NCBI GenBank assembly: GCA_963720465.1
Contig: OY970393.1
Location: 1 to 64,000, forward strand
Source of the DNA: Methanobacteriota archaeon
GTDB lineage: Archaea > Halobacteriota > Bog-38 > Methanoflorentales > Methanoflorentaceae
Length of the DNA: 64,000 bases
Direction: 5' to 3'
The position numbers and the translations under genes are program-made. Of the stretch, positions 1-8,876 are shown piece by piece. Every line of letters starts with the position of its first letter. The stretch's first letter is position 1. A model generated the notes under the pieces. That model made no database searches and had not been told where the DNA came from. It saw only the letters and a list, made by a program, of their open reading frames with translations.

Positions 1-101
1 CATCAACGCAGCTTAGAACAAAGGTGGCCTTATGGTAGACAGGCTCACTAACGTAGCCTCGGATCTTCGCTCTAAGGCTAAAAAAAGCTCTCTTGTCGTC
101 G

Positions 102-764
102 TCACGGCCCTTCGGCAGTGTGCCCATATTCGACGTTGTCAAGCGTCGAGTACGCGGAGCCTCGCACATAAACAACGTTCGCATTGTTCAGTTCAGGAGA
201 TGAGTCTGCCATCTCACGGGAGGACTCTGTCCCCTCGTCAAACGAAAAAGACCAATACCGCATTACCCCAAGCACGACGATTGCAGTTCCATAACTCACC
301 AAGATTAGCCCGGTCGGACCACCTACTGCTGAAACAGGCATTAGCGCAAGAGACCCGCTACCAGCAGTTTTCACGTTTGTAGTGACGGAGTCCGCAAGGG
401 GCGCAGAATTACTAGACGCCATGTCGGCAGTGAGTCCCGCACTAGGTCCAGTTTGACTTGCCCCGATCGTCGTTAAGGCGCTCAGCGACGTAGGTTCTGA
501 AACTTTTTGATCCGCTATGGTAAGCTGAAAGGGCACTAACGGAATCGTAGGCGTTTGTGACTGTGCCGCGATTGTCGGTGTGCTTTGCGCTGGAGCTGGC
601 AAACTTAACGCTATCTCGTTAGGCGTGAGTTGCCCACTCGCCCCCGATGCGCTGACGTCAGCAGCTGCTGCTGGGCGGATCGTAGCCAGCCCAAACGCAA
701 CCACAGAGAAGCACAATAGCACGGCGACAATCGTCGTCGCACAGAACAATACCGTATGCCTCAT
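102..764 (-). CDS. Secreted/membrane-anchored Ser/Thr/Ala-rich hypothetical protein
   Basis: N-terminal hydrophobic signal (MRHTVLFCATTIVAVLLCF), low-complexity S/T/A/P body and C-terminal TM helix. Start moved to ATG 764 after a GAGGA element. Confidence 0.6.
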   Translation of the reverse strand: MRHTVLFCATTIVAVLLCFSVVAFGLATIRPAAAADVSASGASGQLTPNEIALSLPAPAQSTPTIAAQSQTPTIPLVPFQLTIADQKVSEPTSLSALTTIGASQTGPSAGLTADMASSNSAPLADSVTTNVKTAGSGSLALMPVSAVGGPTGLILVSYGTAIVVLGVMRYWSFSFDEGTESSREMADSSPELNNANVVYVRGSAYSTLDNVEYGHTAEGP

Positions 765-1435
765 TTCTTCCTCGCATTGACGGGCTGTTTGTGTGATGTT
801 CGCGGTGCTCGCTCGCACCAAAACCTCGTGAAGGGGTCATTGGCAACGCAAATCAATGGCCCGGGACGGGCGCACTTTTATCCAGTGGCGCTCTACAAGT
901 TGAAAGTTACCGAGGTGTTGTAAAGAAGACGATGCCCATGCGCAGCAGGTGATTACTCTTCACAAAGAGGTGCCACTTCTTCGCAATAAAAAGCACACCA
1001 CGCCATTGCCGTTTCTCGTCCTTACGCCACTTTTAGACTGTGCATTCGACCTAGGCCATTGCGGTTTGACTTACGTTGATTCTTGTTTCCTTGTCCGCGA
1101 TACCTCCAAACGCCCACGTACCACCTCCTCACACCTTCCTGTTTGTGGAGGCAGGTTACCCCGTGCCGCCTCTCCGTACCGAAACAGCACAGAATATCAA
1201 GCGCAATACCATTCGCATTGCATGGATATATACTAATCCCCAATAAAAAGATAACGTAAGCGCGTTATCGTATATATTTCCCTGGAGACTTTTGAAGCCG
1301 TATTAATTTCCTTTGCGAGCTTTTTTTTAATCGTGAAAACCGTTGAAGGACGAGACTCGAGATGCGATATCAATTGATTTTCGCTTCAGATGCAATTCGA
1401 CAGCCATTTATACGAGGATAATCGCCTAACACCAT

Positions 1436-1762
1436 ATGCCGCAAATTTGTACGGCAGTCAGCGACGAGCATTTTACCACAATACTCGCCCGCGCTGAAAA
1501 CGAGGGCAAATCAAAAGCGCGCATCGCTGCCGACCTCATCAGCTACGCGTTAGCGGACAACGGAAACGAGGCTACACGACTGAAACGAGAGATCGAGCTA
1601 AAAGATGCTTTAATTGAACAGCTCCGCGACGAAAATAGCTTTATGAAGTCGTCGTTTGCAACCCAAACAGATATGGCCGGTCGGCTGTTGCACCTGCTGA
1701 CCGAGGGCGTGCGAGACGACGCAGCACTCGCTGGCGACAACGGCACGGAAGATCACGCATAG
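1436..1762 (+). CDS. Ribbon-helix-helix-like protein with coiled coil
   Basis: N-terminal strand-helix-helix pattern (QICTAV...RAENEGKSKARIAADLI) followed by heptads (RLKREIELKDALIEQLRDEN). Confidence 0.55.
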   Translation: MPQICTAVSDEHFTTILARAENEGKSKARIAADLISYALADNGNEATRLKREIELKDALIEQLRDENSFMKSSFATQTDMAGRLLHLLTEGVRDDAALAGDNGTEDHA

Positions 1763-1936
1763 ATCTTTGAGCAAAAAACCGTGAGGGGGTAGGGCCTTAA
1801 CCGGTTGAATCACATAGCATTGCGTTGCGCAACCTGCTGTCAACAGGCCCAATGCTCACTCAATCAAGACTTCACCCAGTCGCACCATGCTCCTGTCAGA
1901 GGAAAAAAGCGGCTGATCTGGCGGCCGTTTTTATTT

Positions 1937-2704
1937 TCAGCCGCCGAATCTGCGAAACGCGGCCGTTTCGACAAAGATGGCGACGAGCGCAAAAACGCCG
2001 CATACCACCAACGCCTGCCCAATCGCAGTCCAGTCATAGCCCGTGAGGAACATCGGTCGCACTGCAAGGATCGCATAGTTGACAGGGTTGAACTTCATGG
2101 CGTTTTGAATCCATTGAGGAGTCAGATACGCGGGGATCAGGATGCTTGATAGGAACATCAGCGGCAGCGTGATGAGGTTCGCGATAAGCACCACGGGCTC
2201 CGGCCGCTTCATCGTGACTGCGATCGCCGCCACCAAGCCCGTAAGACCGATCCCGAGCAAGCTTACGATGACAAACGTCATGAGGACACCACCCACCCCA
2301 GTTTCCACGCGTGCGCCCATCAAGAAGGAGACGATCAACACAACGAATACCTGCAAAACCCACGTCACCGCTATGTAGAGCAGACCGCCGACGATTAGGG
2401 AGTAGCGATTGACCGGCGTCGCGATCATTTTCACGAGCACGCCGTAGTTGATGTCGTTAAGCAGTCTAAATGCCAGAGCGTTCGCGTTGAACACCGCCAA
2501 CATGACGATGAGCCCAGGGGCAAAGAACTGCACGTAACTGCCTGACGTAAAGCCAAGCGTCGTGATGCTCTGGAAGAGCTGCGTAAACAGGACAAGCCAG
2601 ACCAGTGGCTGGATCAATAGAATAAGCATCCAGAAAGGGTTGTGCACGAAGGTGCGCAGGTACCTGACCAGGGTGTACCACGTGTCCCACAATCCATTCA
2701 ACAT
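1937..2704 (-). CDS. ABC-2 (DrrB-like) exporter permease
   Basis: About six TM segments, QPLVWLVLF and NPVNYAI motifs. Start placed at ATG 2704, just after the ATPase stop. Confidence 0.9.
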   Translation of the reverse strand: MLNGLWDTWYTLVRYLRTFVHNPFWMLILLIQPLVWLVLFTQLFQSITTLGFTSGSYVQFFAPGLIVMLAVFNANALAFRLLNDINYGVLVKMIATPVNRYSLIVGGLLYIAVTWVLQVFVVLIVSFLMGARVETGVGGVLMTFVIVSLLGIGLTGLVAAIAVTMKRPEPVVLIANLITLPLMFLSSILIPAYLTPQWIQNAMKFNPVNYAILAVRPMFLTGYDWTAIGQALVVCGVFALVAIFVETAAFRRFGG

Positions 2705-2706
2705 GA

Positions 2707-3720
2707 CTATCGGGGCCTCCTGATCCACGCGGCCCTCGCGCCGACCGCCTTCCCTTTCTCCTCGCGTATTTTACGGCCCGTATATTTGAGGAAGACGTCA
2801 TCGAGCGAGGGGCGCGCGAGCGCGATCTCTCCAACCGTCAGGCCGCTTGCCTCAAGCAAACGCAGGATCTGAGGCACGGCGACGCCTCCCTGGTCAACGT
2901 AGATATTAAGTGCCTCGGCGGTGGGCTGCACGTCGTTCACAAAGGGCTGCGCAGAGAGGAGCTGTCGTACCTTCTCTATCGTCTGAGCGTGTTGGTCATG
3001 GTCCTCGACGGGCAGTGTCAGTGATACGACGTCGCCGTGAATCTCTCCCTTTAGTTCATCGGGCGTTCCGAGGGCGACGACGCGCCCGTGATCCACAATC
3101 GCGACGCGGTCACACAGTTTGTCTGTCTCCTCCAGGTAGTGAGTGGTCAGAAGGATGGACATGCCGTCTTTGTTGAGCGTGCGAATATAGTCCCAGATGC
3201 GAACGCGGGTCTGAATGTCAAGCCCGAGCGTGGGTTCGTCAACCACAAGAAGTTGCGGCCTATGCATGAGGGCGGTGCCGATCTCAAGCCGTTTGCGCAT
3301 GCCGCCCGAATACGTGGCCACCAGTCGATCAGCGGCGTCGGTCAGTTCCAAAAGCTCGAGGAGTTCATCGACCCTGCGTCGGATCGTCGGATTGTCAAGA
3401 TGATAGTAGTGCCCAAAGAGCACCAGATACTCGCGGCCAGAGGAGTATTCGTCCACCCCTGCTTCCTGAGCGGAGTAGCCCGTTATCGCTCGCACCTTGC
3501 CTGGCTCCTTGAGTACGTCAAATCCTCCCACGCGAGCAGTGCCTGAAGTGGGTCGCGTGATAGTCGTGAGCATGTGAATCGTCGTTGTCTTTCCAGCGCC
3601 ATTAGGCCCGAGCAGGCCGAATATTTCCCCTTCTTCAATCTGGATGCTGATATCGTCGACCGCGCGAATGGTCTTGTTGTAGACCTTCGTGAGATTGTAC
3701 GTTTCAACGATGTTCGTCAT
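2707..3720 (-). CDS. ABC exporter ATP-binding protein (DrrA-like)
   Basis: Walker A GPNGAGKTT, signature YSGGMRKR, Walker B VVDEPT, C-terminal PSLDDVFLKYTG. Confidence 0.95.
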   Translation of the reverse strand: MTNIVETYNLTKVYNKTIRAVDDISIQIEEGEIFGLLGPNGAGKTTTIHMLTTITRPTSGTARVGGFDVLKEPGKVRAITGYSAQEAGVDEYSSGREYLVLFGHYYHLDNPTIRRRVDELLELLELTDAADRLVATYSGGMRKRLEIGTALMHRPQLLVVDEPTLGLDIQTRVRIWDYIRTLNKDGMSILLTTHYLEETDKLCDRVAIVDHGRVVALGTPDELKGEIHGDVVSLTLPVEDHDQHAQTIEKVRQLLSAQPFVNDVQPTAEALNIYVDQGGVAVPQILRLLEASGLTVGEIALARPSLDDVFLKYTGRKIREEKGKAVGARAAWIRRPR

Positions 3721-3921
3721 TTCGGGTTCCTGAGCTGTTCTGCAGGCTTTAATATCAACGCGTTATATTCCCCAGTGCGGAAGCCGCTCGGCGCGCATTT
3801 CGAAGCTCCGCGTCCTCCAAAGAACAGCAGTAGTCGCTTGCCTTCTTTGATATCGTCTGTGACATGGTCTGGTCCTAAGCGACCTTCGTCATGCGTGAAC
3901 AGCTGTAGGTGCGTAAAAAAA

Positions 3922-4146
3922 TTATTTCGTTTCCGACTCTTTTTCCTGCTCTTCGTCGGAGAACTCCACCAGCTTGAGCAGGATAATCCCCTTTTCCGGC
4001 TTTGCTTTCATAAGGAAGTACTCGCCGCCGTCCAGGTTAAAAAGTTCCCTGATCTTTTTAGGAATGACAACGTAGTAGGACGTGCCGTCAGGGCGCATGT
4101 ACCCTTTGACGAGCACACGCTGGTGTTCTGATTTTTCCTTCTCCAT
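3922..4146 (-). CDS. AbrB/MazE/SpoVT-family DNA-binding protein
   Basis: SYYVVIPKKIRELFNLDGGEY swapped-hairpin signature. Confidence 0.8.
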   Translation of the reverse strand: MEKEKSEHQRVLVKGYMRPDGTSYYVVIPKKIRELFNLDGGEYFLMKAKPEKGIILLKLVEFSDEEQEKESETK

Positions 4147-4205
4147 TTTTTTCTCGTATAGCAGCGCAGGCCGCTAGCAGTTAGGATAGGGGTGAGATAA
4201 GGATC

Positions 4206-4424
4206 TCACCGCTCGATCCAGCCCTTCATCAAGCGCAAGGTTTCCATTTTGTGCTGCATCAGCTTGACTTTGAACTCTTTCTTCATGATCTTCTCGTCGA
4301 GCTTGCGAAGCACGTACTGCTTCTTGGCATCATCGTCGAGCTGCTCCCACATCATTTTCTTCATCATCCACTTCTTACCCATATCGTGATGGGTTCCCAT
4401 CTCACCATATTGTCTTTCGTGCAT
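4206..4424 (-). CDS. Small Met/His/Lys-rich helical protein
   Basis: MHERQYGEMGTHHDMGKKWMMKKMM...; GGAG upstream of ATG 4424; co-oriented with AbrB and ABC genes. Confidence 0.65.
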   Translation of the reverse strand: MHERQYGEMGTHHDMGKKWMMKKMMWEQLDDDAKKQYVLRKLDEKIMKKEFKVKLMQHKMETLRLMKGWIER

Positions 4425-4824
4425 AGTTTGTTCGCTCCATTTTTTTATGTTAAGTATGCTAAACAGTTTGAGCATTCTGGTAGTTATACTTATGTTTGAG
4501 CATCGTTGGCGCCTTCGGCGGCCTCTTTAAGTTAGACGTGCCCGTCCGAGCTTATGGTTGCTGAAGCGCCGCCAACGCACGTCACAAACCTAGACAGGCA
4601 ACTTGTAAACGAATGGCGTAACAGGAACCGGCCGTTAAAACGCACAGTGGTGCACGCACTCCGCTCGGAGCATAACTTTTTATTGCTTCCAACTACATGA
4701 TCACGTGCATGGACAGCAACGAAAACACGGATGCGCACAACTATAGCGCGCCCCGTGAACTGCGAAAAAGAAGACTGAGAGACGCCCTTGTAATACTGCT
4801 CCTTATTATCGTCGTCGTAGTCGT

Positions 4825-4932
4825 TATCTCCTCTTGTTTGAAGTTCGTGTAACGAACACCGTTGCTTAATTCTTCTTCTATTTTTTATCCCCTCTTATTT
4901 GAAGTTCGCAACTAATCGTTGCTTAATTCTTC
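4825..4932. repeat. Imperfect ~48-bp direct repeat, two copies
   Basis: TATCYCCTCTTRTTTGAAGTTCG...CGTTGCTTAATTCTTC at 4825-4875 and 4886-4932. Confidence 0.75.
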
Positions 4933-5080
4933 GGCATGCTCGGTCGAACTACCTGGTTCACCGCGTTAGTTAAGCGCTCTGCGCACCGTCTACAGTTCGG
5001 ATCATTGACGTTTATGCAGCCTACGTGACGCCCGTAGTAGCACGCGTTGTTTTCTGCGATCATTGTATAGTGGCGGCATC

Positions 5081-5221
5081 CTAACTCGTTCGCTGCGCGT
5101 TCTCGTGCGCAGCATCGATGATCTCTGCTACGGTGAGGTCGGTATGTACTAAGGTGTGAAGCGTGCTTTCGATGATGGCGGCGATGTGCCGCTCGTATTC
5201 TGTTACTTCCTTTTTTGCCAT
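5081..5221 (-). CDS. Small hypothetical protein (46 aa)
   Basis: MAKKEVTEYERHIAAIIES...; strong GGAGGTGA RBS before ATG 5221. Confidence 0.5.
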   Translation of the reverse strand: MAKKEVTEYERHIAAIIESTLHTLVHTDLTVAEIIDAAHENAQRTS

Positions 5222-5508
5222 CACGGTCACCTCCGAACTAGACTGCGTAAGAAAGTTTCTTAAGGCCGCGTGAGGCAGGCTTTGTGTGCGAAAGTGTGAC
5301 GACAACTGTGCGTCACACCCTTTGCCGCAAGCAAGGCACCCACCCAGTGACAAACCTTCATACGTCTATCGCTTCTGCAAGATGTTATTTTGGCATCTTA
5401 GGCGCCGCTAGAACTTTCTTCTCAGATTCAGAAATCCAGGGCAGCCGACATCGGGATCAGGCTCGAATAGAAAACTTGATACGGCTAAGAATGGCAAGTA
5501 TCGCTTGT

Positions 5509-6312
5509 ATGGCGCACAAGAATGAAGCGCATCTACAGATCGTCACAGCGCTGATCGATGAGATACGCCGGCAAGATTCGGTGCAGACCATCGTTATTCA
5601 GTCTAAGAAGATACTGCGCGGAAAAAGCGGTGCCGCTCAGCAAATTGATGTTTACTGGGAGTTTCTGACGGGCGTAAAGGCGCACAAATGCGCAATTGAA
5701 GCAAAACATTGGGATAAGCCAGTCAGTCGAAGAGAGCTTAGCAAGTTCCGTGCCGTACTGGAAGATTTGCACGGGCAGCACAAGGGGGTATTCCTGGCAT
5801 CGAGCGGGTATCAGGAGGGGGCGCGTAACTACGCCGAGCGCCACGGGATTGACGTCTACATTTTTCCCTTCACCATCGAAATGACCAATGAAGACGTCAC
5901 CTTTTTTGTCCCCAAGTTTGAGCATATCGCGCCAGTGTTTGACGAAGAATGGATAGAGCACGTTTTGATGCCTAAGCTCCGGGAGGTGAGGTCTTTAGAA
6001 GTGAACGCGCTGAGTCCTGACGATCAAACGCATCTTTTTGATGAGCACTGCGCCGCTAAAACCGTGCGAGAGGTCCTTCACGAACATTACTTGGCTGAGA
6101 TACGAGATGCCACCGCTCACGAAATCTGCATACGGTTTGATCGGCCCACGTACGTGGAGACCGGCGATCCAAACGCGCCGATGTTGAAGGTGAACGGCTT
6201 AGACGCACTTTTTTCTGTAACGTCGCACGTTGAGACATTTGATCGCATTTCGAAGGATTACGCACGCGGCGCAGTCGAATTCATGCTCGCAGACGCGTTC
6301 ATTGGGCAGTAG
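5509..6312 (+). CDS. Mrr-like (type IV) restriction endonuclease, PD-(D/E)xK fold
   Basis: QIDVY...AIEAKHWDKPV...KGVFLASSGYQEGARNYA matches the Mrr catalytic domain. Start position approximate. Confidence 0.85.
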   Translation: MAHKNEAHLQIVTALIDEIRRQDSVQTIVIQSKKILRGKSGAAQQIDVYWEFLTGVKAHKCAIEAKHWDKPVSRRELSKFRAVLEDLHGQHKGVFLASSGYQEGARNYAERHGIDVYIFPFTIEMTNEDVTFFVPKFEHIAPVFDEEWIEHVLMPKLREVRSLEVNALSPDDQTHLFDEHCAAKTVREVLHEHYLAEIRDATAHEICIRFDRPTYVETGDPNAPMLKVNGLDALFSVTSHVETFDRISKDYARGAVEFMLADAFIGQ

Positions 6313-6394
6313 CCTGATCCAGCACACCCCCGCCGCGGGGTGGCCGCTAGAAAACATTATCTTTAGTGCGGCGCTTCATTTAGGTAGGGCCCAA

Positions 6395-6940
6395 ATGACG
6401 CGCGAAAAGAAGGTTTTGGCGAATCTGTACCATCTCATGGCTCTTGCGCTAGTTGCCGGAAACTCTGACAGCAGCACCGTTTTTCAAAGTGAGACCGGAT
6501 TTGCGATCACGTATCCTACACGTTACAGAACTGACCAAGCCGAGTCCACCTCTATAAAGCTCTACATCTACCTCACCGACAGCACTCCTGTCGATGCCGT
6601 TACGGTAAGCACTGATGATAGTTTCACCGCGCAAGCGACGCTCGATACGGTCATCGAGAGGTATGCTGATGCGATAACGACCGCTTACAAAGATCTCAAA
6701 GTACTCTCGAAGGACCGCACCACGTTGGGTGGCCACGCAGCATTTCGTACGGTCTACCGAGGCGTGCTTCCTGTGCAGTACGCTAACGATACGGTACGAG
6801 CAGAGACCCTAAAAGTGAACCAGACGTGGGTCATAAAAAACGCGCGGGTATACACGCTGACCTACAAAGCGCTTGCTCGGGACTATAACAAATACTTGCC
6901 ACACGCCCGGGAGATAATGAAGTCATTCACCCTGACGTGA
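6395..6940 (+). CDS. PsbP/DcrB-like exported protein
   Basis: GFAITYP, TTLGGHAA and VYTLTYKA...IMKSF are typical of the Mog1p/PsbP fold. Confidence 0.75.
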   Translation: MTREKKVLANLYHLMALALVAGNSDSSTVFQSETGFAITYPTRYRTDQAESTSIKLYIYLTDSTPVDAVTVSTDDSFTAQATLDTVIERYADAITTAYKDLKVLSKDRTTLGGHAAFRTVYRGVLPVQYANDTVRAETLKVNQTWVIKNARVYTLTYKALARDYNKYLPHAREIMKSFTLT

Positions 6941-7011
6941 ACTCATTTCTAGGACGAAACGACGATTCTTGTGCCCTCGCAATGCTCAGAAGAGGCCCAG
7001 TGCTCAAGGGC

Positions 7012-7302
7012 ATGCTTGAGGGTGTGTGGGCAGAGATAGGCAACTGGTTTGACCATAAGTACTCGGAGTTTGCTTGCGAGCGGCTATCGCGCTATCGGCG
7101 CTAAACGAGAGAGCAGGCGCAGGCTACGCGTTGTTGTTGAACGACCTCGCAACAAAGGCTGCGATCACACGCAGCCATACAGCGTAGCTGGGGTTGTCCG
7201 GGTGCACATGGTCGCAAATAGAAGACTATGCGGTAGAGCGTGAGCCCGCCGAAACGCGGATGGTTCGAGGTAGCCCAGAGGGCGGGCTCTGCTCTCAAGC
7301 AT
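7012..7302 (+). ncRNA. Candidate structured ncRNA of unknown family (~290 nt)
   Basis: Terminal stem ATGCTTGAG/CTCAAGCAT encloses at least six nested helices; G-U wobble pairs favour the + strand; no credible ORF. Confidence 0.5.
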
Positions 7303-7604
7303 CGACACGCTTATGCTGTTTAGATCGTACTTAACAGTCTTCCGCGCACTGCGAAAGTGTTTTTTTTGCATTGCGTGAAGCAGTCTAATGCTCTTAGCTA
7401 GGCCGACGCTCCGGCTGCGAGTCAGAAGTTGTTCGCGTTACGGCGTTATGATTCAACATATCAGTAGCATCCGAGCTTACAGAAGTGCCAGTTTAGCAGT
7501 TTTAGTGACATATTCGCGAATTTGGTTAAGAACATAAAAAAACGAAATACATTTATGAAGCTCGACGGACGTTACTCGTCTATCAGCGCAGCGGAGATGA
7601 CGCA

Positions 7605-7772
7605 ATGACAGAATTAAGAACCGTCAAGAAGAGTCGCGTCGGTGCCGTGGCGTTGATTGGCGCGACAATCGGAACTGTGCCATCGCTCATCTATTAGGTG
7701 ATTCTAGTGATTTTCATCCTTATGCATGCGGCAAACCTAAACGTTCTTCTGCAAGTCAGGGCTAGTGTATAG
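7605..7772 (+). pseudogene. Membrane protein remnant with in-frame TAG
   Basis: MTELRTVKKSRVGAVALIGATIGTVPSLIY*VILVIFILMHAANL...; the hydrophobic frame continues past TAG 7695-7697; GGAGATG upstream. Confidence 0.4.
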
Positions 7773-8041
7773 CTTAGATTTTCCATACACTTAAAATACA
7801 TCATTGCTGCTAGCTTTATATCTCTGTGTGTATGTTGAATGTATCTATCTTAACTATTCCATGTATTATTTATTAGCAATTGGTTTGTTATACACTGTCC
7901 ATACACAAAATATTAAAGCATCTTTTCTTTGTATTCGTCAATTTGTGACCTTATTCGATACTTTTTTGTAGTTGGTGCATTAAAGATGTATCATTTGCAG
8001 ATAATAGTGTATCATAGGAACTCGGAACAAGGTAGATACAC
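7765..8041. promoter_or_regulatory. AT-rich region with seven GTGTAT/ATACAC hexamers upstream of the RHH gene
   Basis: Copies at 7765, 7785, 7828, 7890, 7901, 8007 and 8036. Confidence 0.55.
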
Positions 8042-8059
8042 AGGGGGGAATCTTCTCAA

Positions 8060-8761
8060 ATGGCTCGTTTCAACATCACGTTACCAACTTCCATCGCAAA
8101 AATGCTCGATCAGGACGCAGAGCATCAAGATATAGCCCGTTCGACGCTCATTGCGCAACACATAGCACAGCACTATGAAGGAAGATCAGAGGCTGACTAC
8201 GAAGCTGAGATTCGGGAGCAACGCATAGAATACGAAAAACAAGTCCAAAATCAGCGTGCGGAAAGCGCTAATATAGTGCAACGCGTTAGCGCCGAATATG
8301 AGAATAAGATTGAGAAACTTATCGCTGAGCATGATGCTGAGATACAGCAAATCCGCGCTGAATGTGAGAAGCAAATACAGCAGATTAACGCAGACCGTTC
8401 TGCAAGTATCCAACAGCTCGAGAACTCGCTCGAAGAACTGGAAAGTGTTACGCAGCAGCTCGATGCTAATCTGAAGGAATCTGGAGAGCGCAACCGCTCT
8501 TTGATGGAACAGCTGCGCGAATCGGAAGCATCGAAAAACGTTGTTGTCACTGGCCTGCAGCACCGCGTTGAACTCTTAGAAAAGGACAAAGCAAGCCTCG
8601 AAGCGGCACTGCAAGTTGAGAAGGGTCACTCACTCGAATTAAAAGCCGATAAGGAGACCCTGCAGAAGCAAGTCGAATTGCAGATGTTGCAATTGCCTGC
8701 CCCTAAAGTCGGTTTTTTGTCTCGAGGTTGGTCGCGGATATTTTCACGAGGCAAGACGTAG
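8060..8761 (+). CDS. RHH (CopG-like) DNA-binding protein with long coiled coil and amphipathic tail
   Basis: MARFNITLP...RSTLIAQHI, about 170 aa of heptads, tail LPAPKVGFLSRGWSRIF. Confidence 0.8.
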   Translation: MARFNITLPTSIAKMLDQDAEHQDIARSTLIAQHIAQHYEGRSEADYEAEIREQRIEYEKQVQNQRAESANIVQRVSAEYENKIEKLIAEHDAEIQQIRAECEKQIQQINADRSASIQQLENSLEELESVTQQLDANLKESGERNRSLMEQLRESEASKNVVVTGLQHRVELLEKDKASLEAALQVEKGHSLELKADKETLQKQVELQMLQLPAPKVGFLSRGWSRIFSRGKT

Positions 8762-8876
8762 GCCCTGGAGAATGAAGACCGTGCCGTCACGGAAGTTAAC
8801 AAGGCGCTCCTTTGGATACCCGCACCCAACCGCACCGCAACAGCTGCACGCTACTTTCAGCGTTCAAAGCGCAAAG

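Noticed and set aside
4825-4932. Possible degenerate CRISPR
   Set aside because: Only two imperfect copies about 10 bp apart.
7012-7302. SRP RNA, RNase P RNA or group I/II intron
   Set aside because: Diagnostic motifs are absent; resemblances to intron motifs (GACTA/TAGCC, GAGCC-GAAA-GGTTC) pair poorly, and no interrupted host gene is evident.
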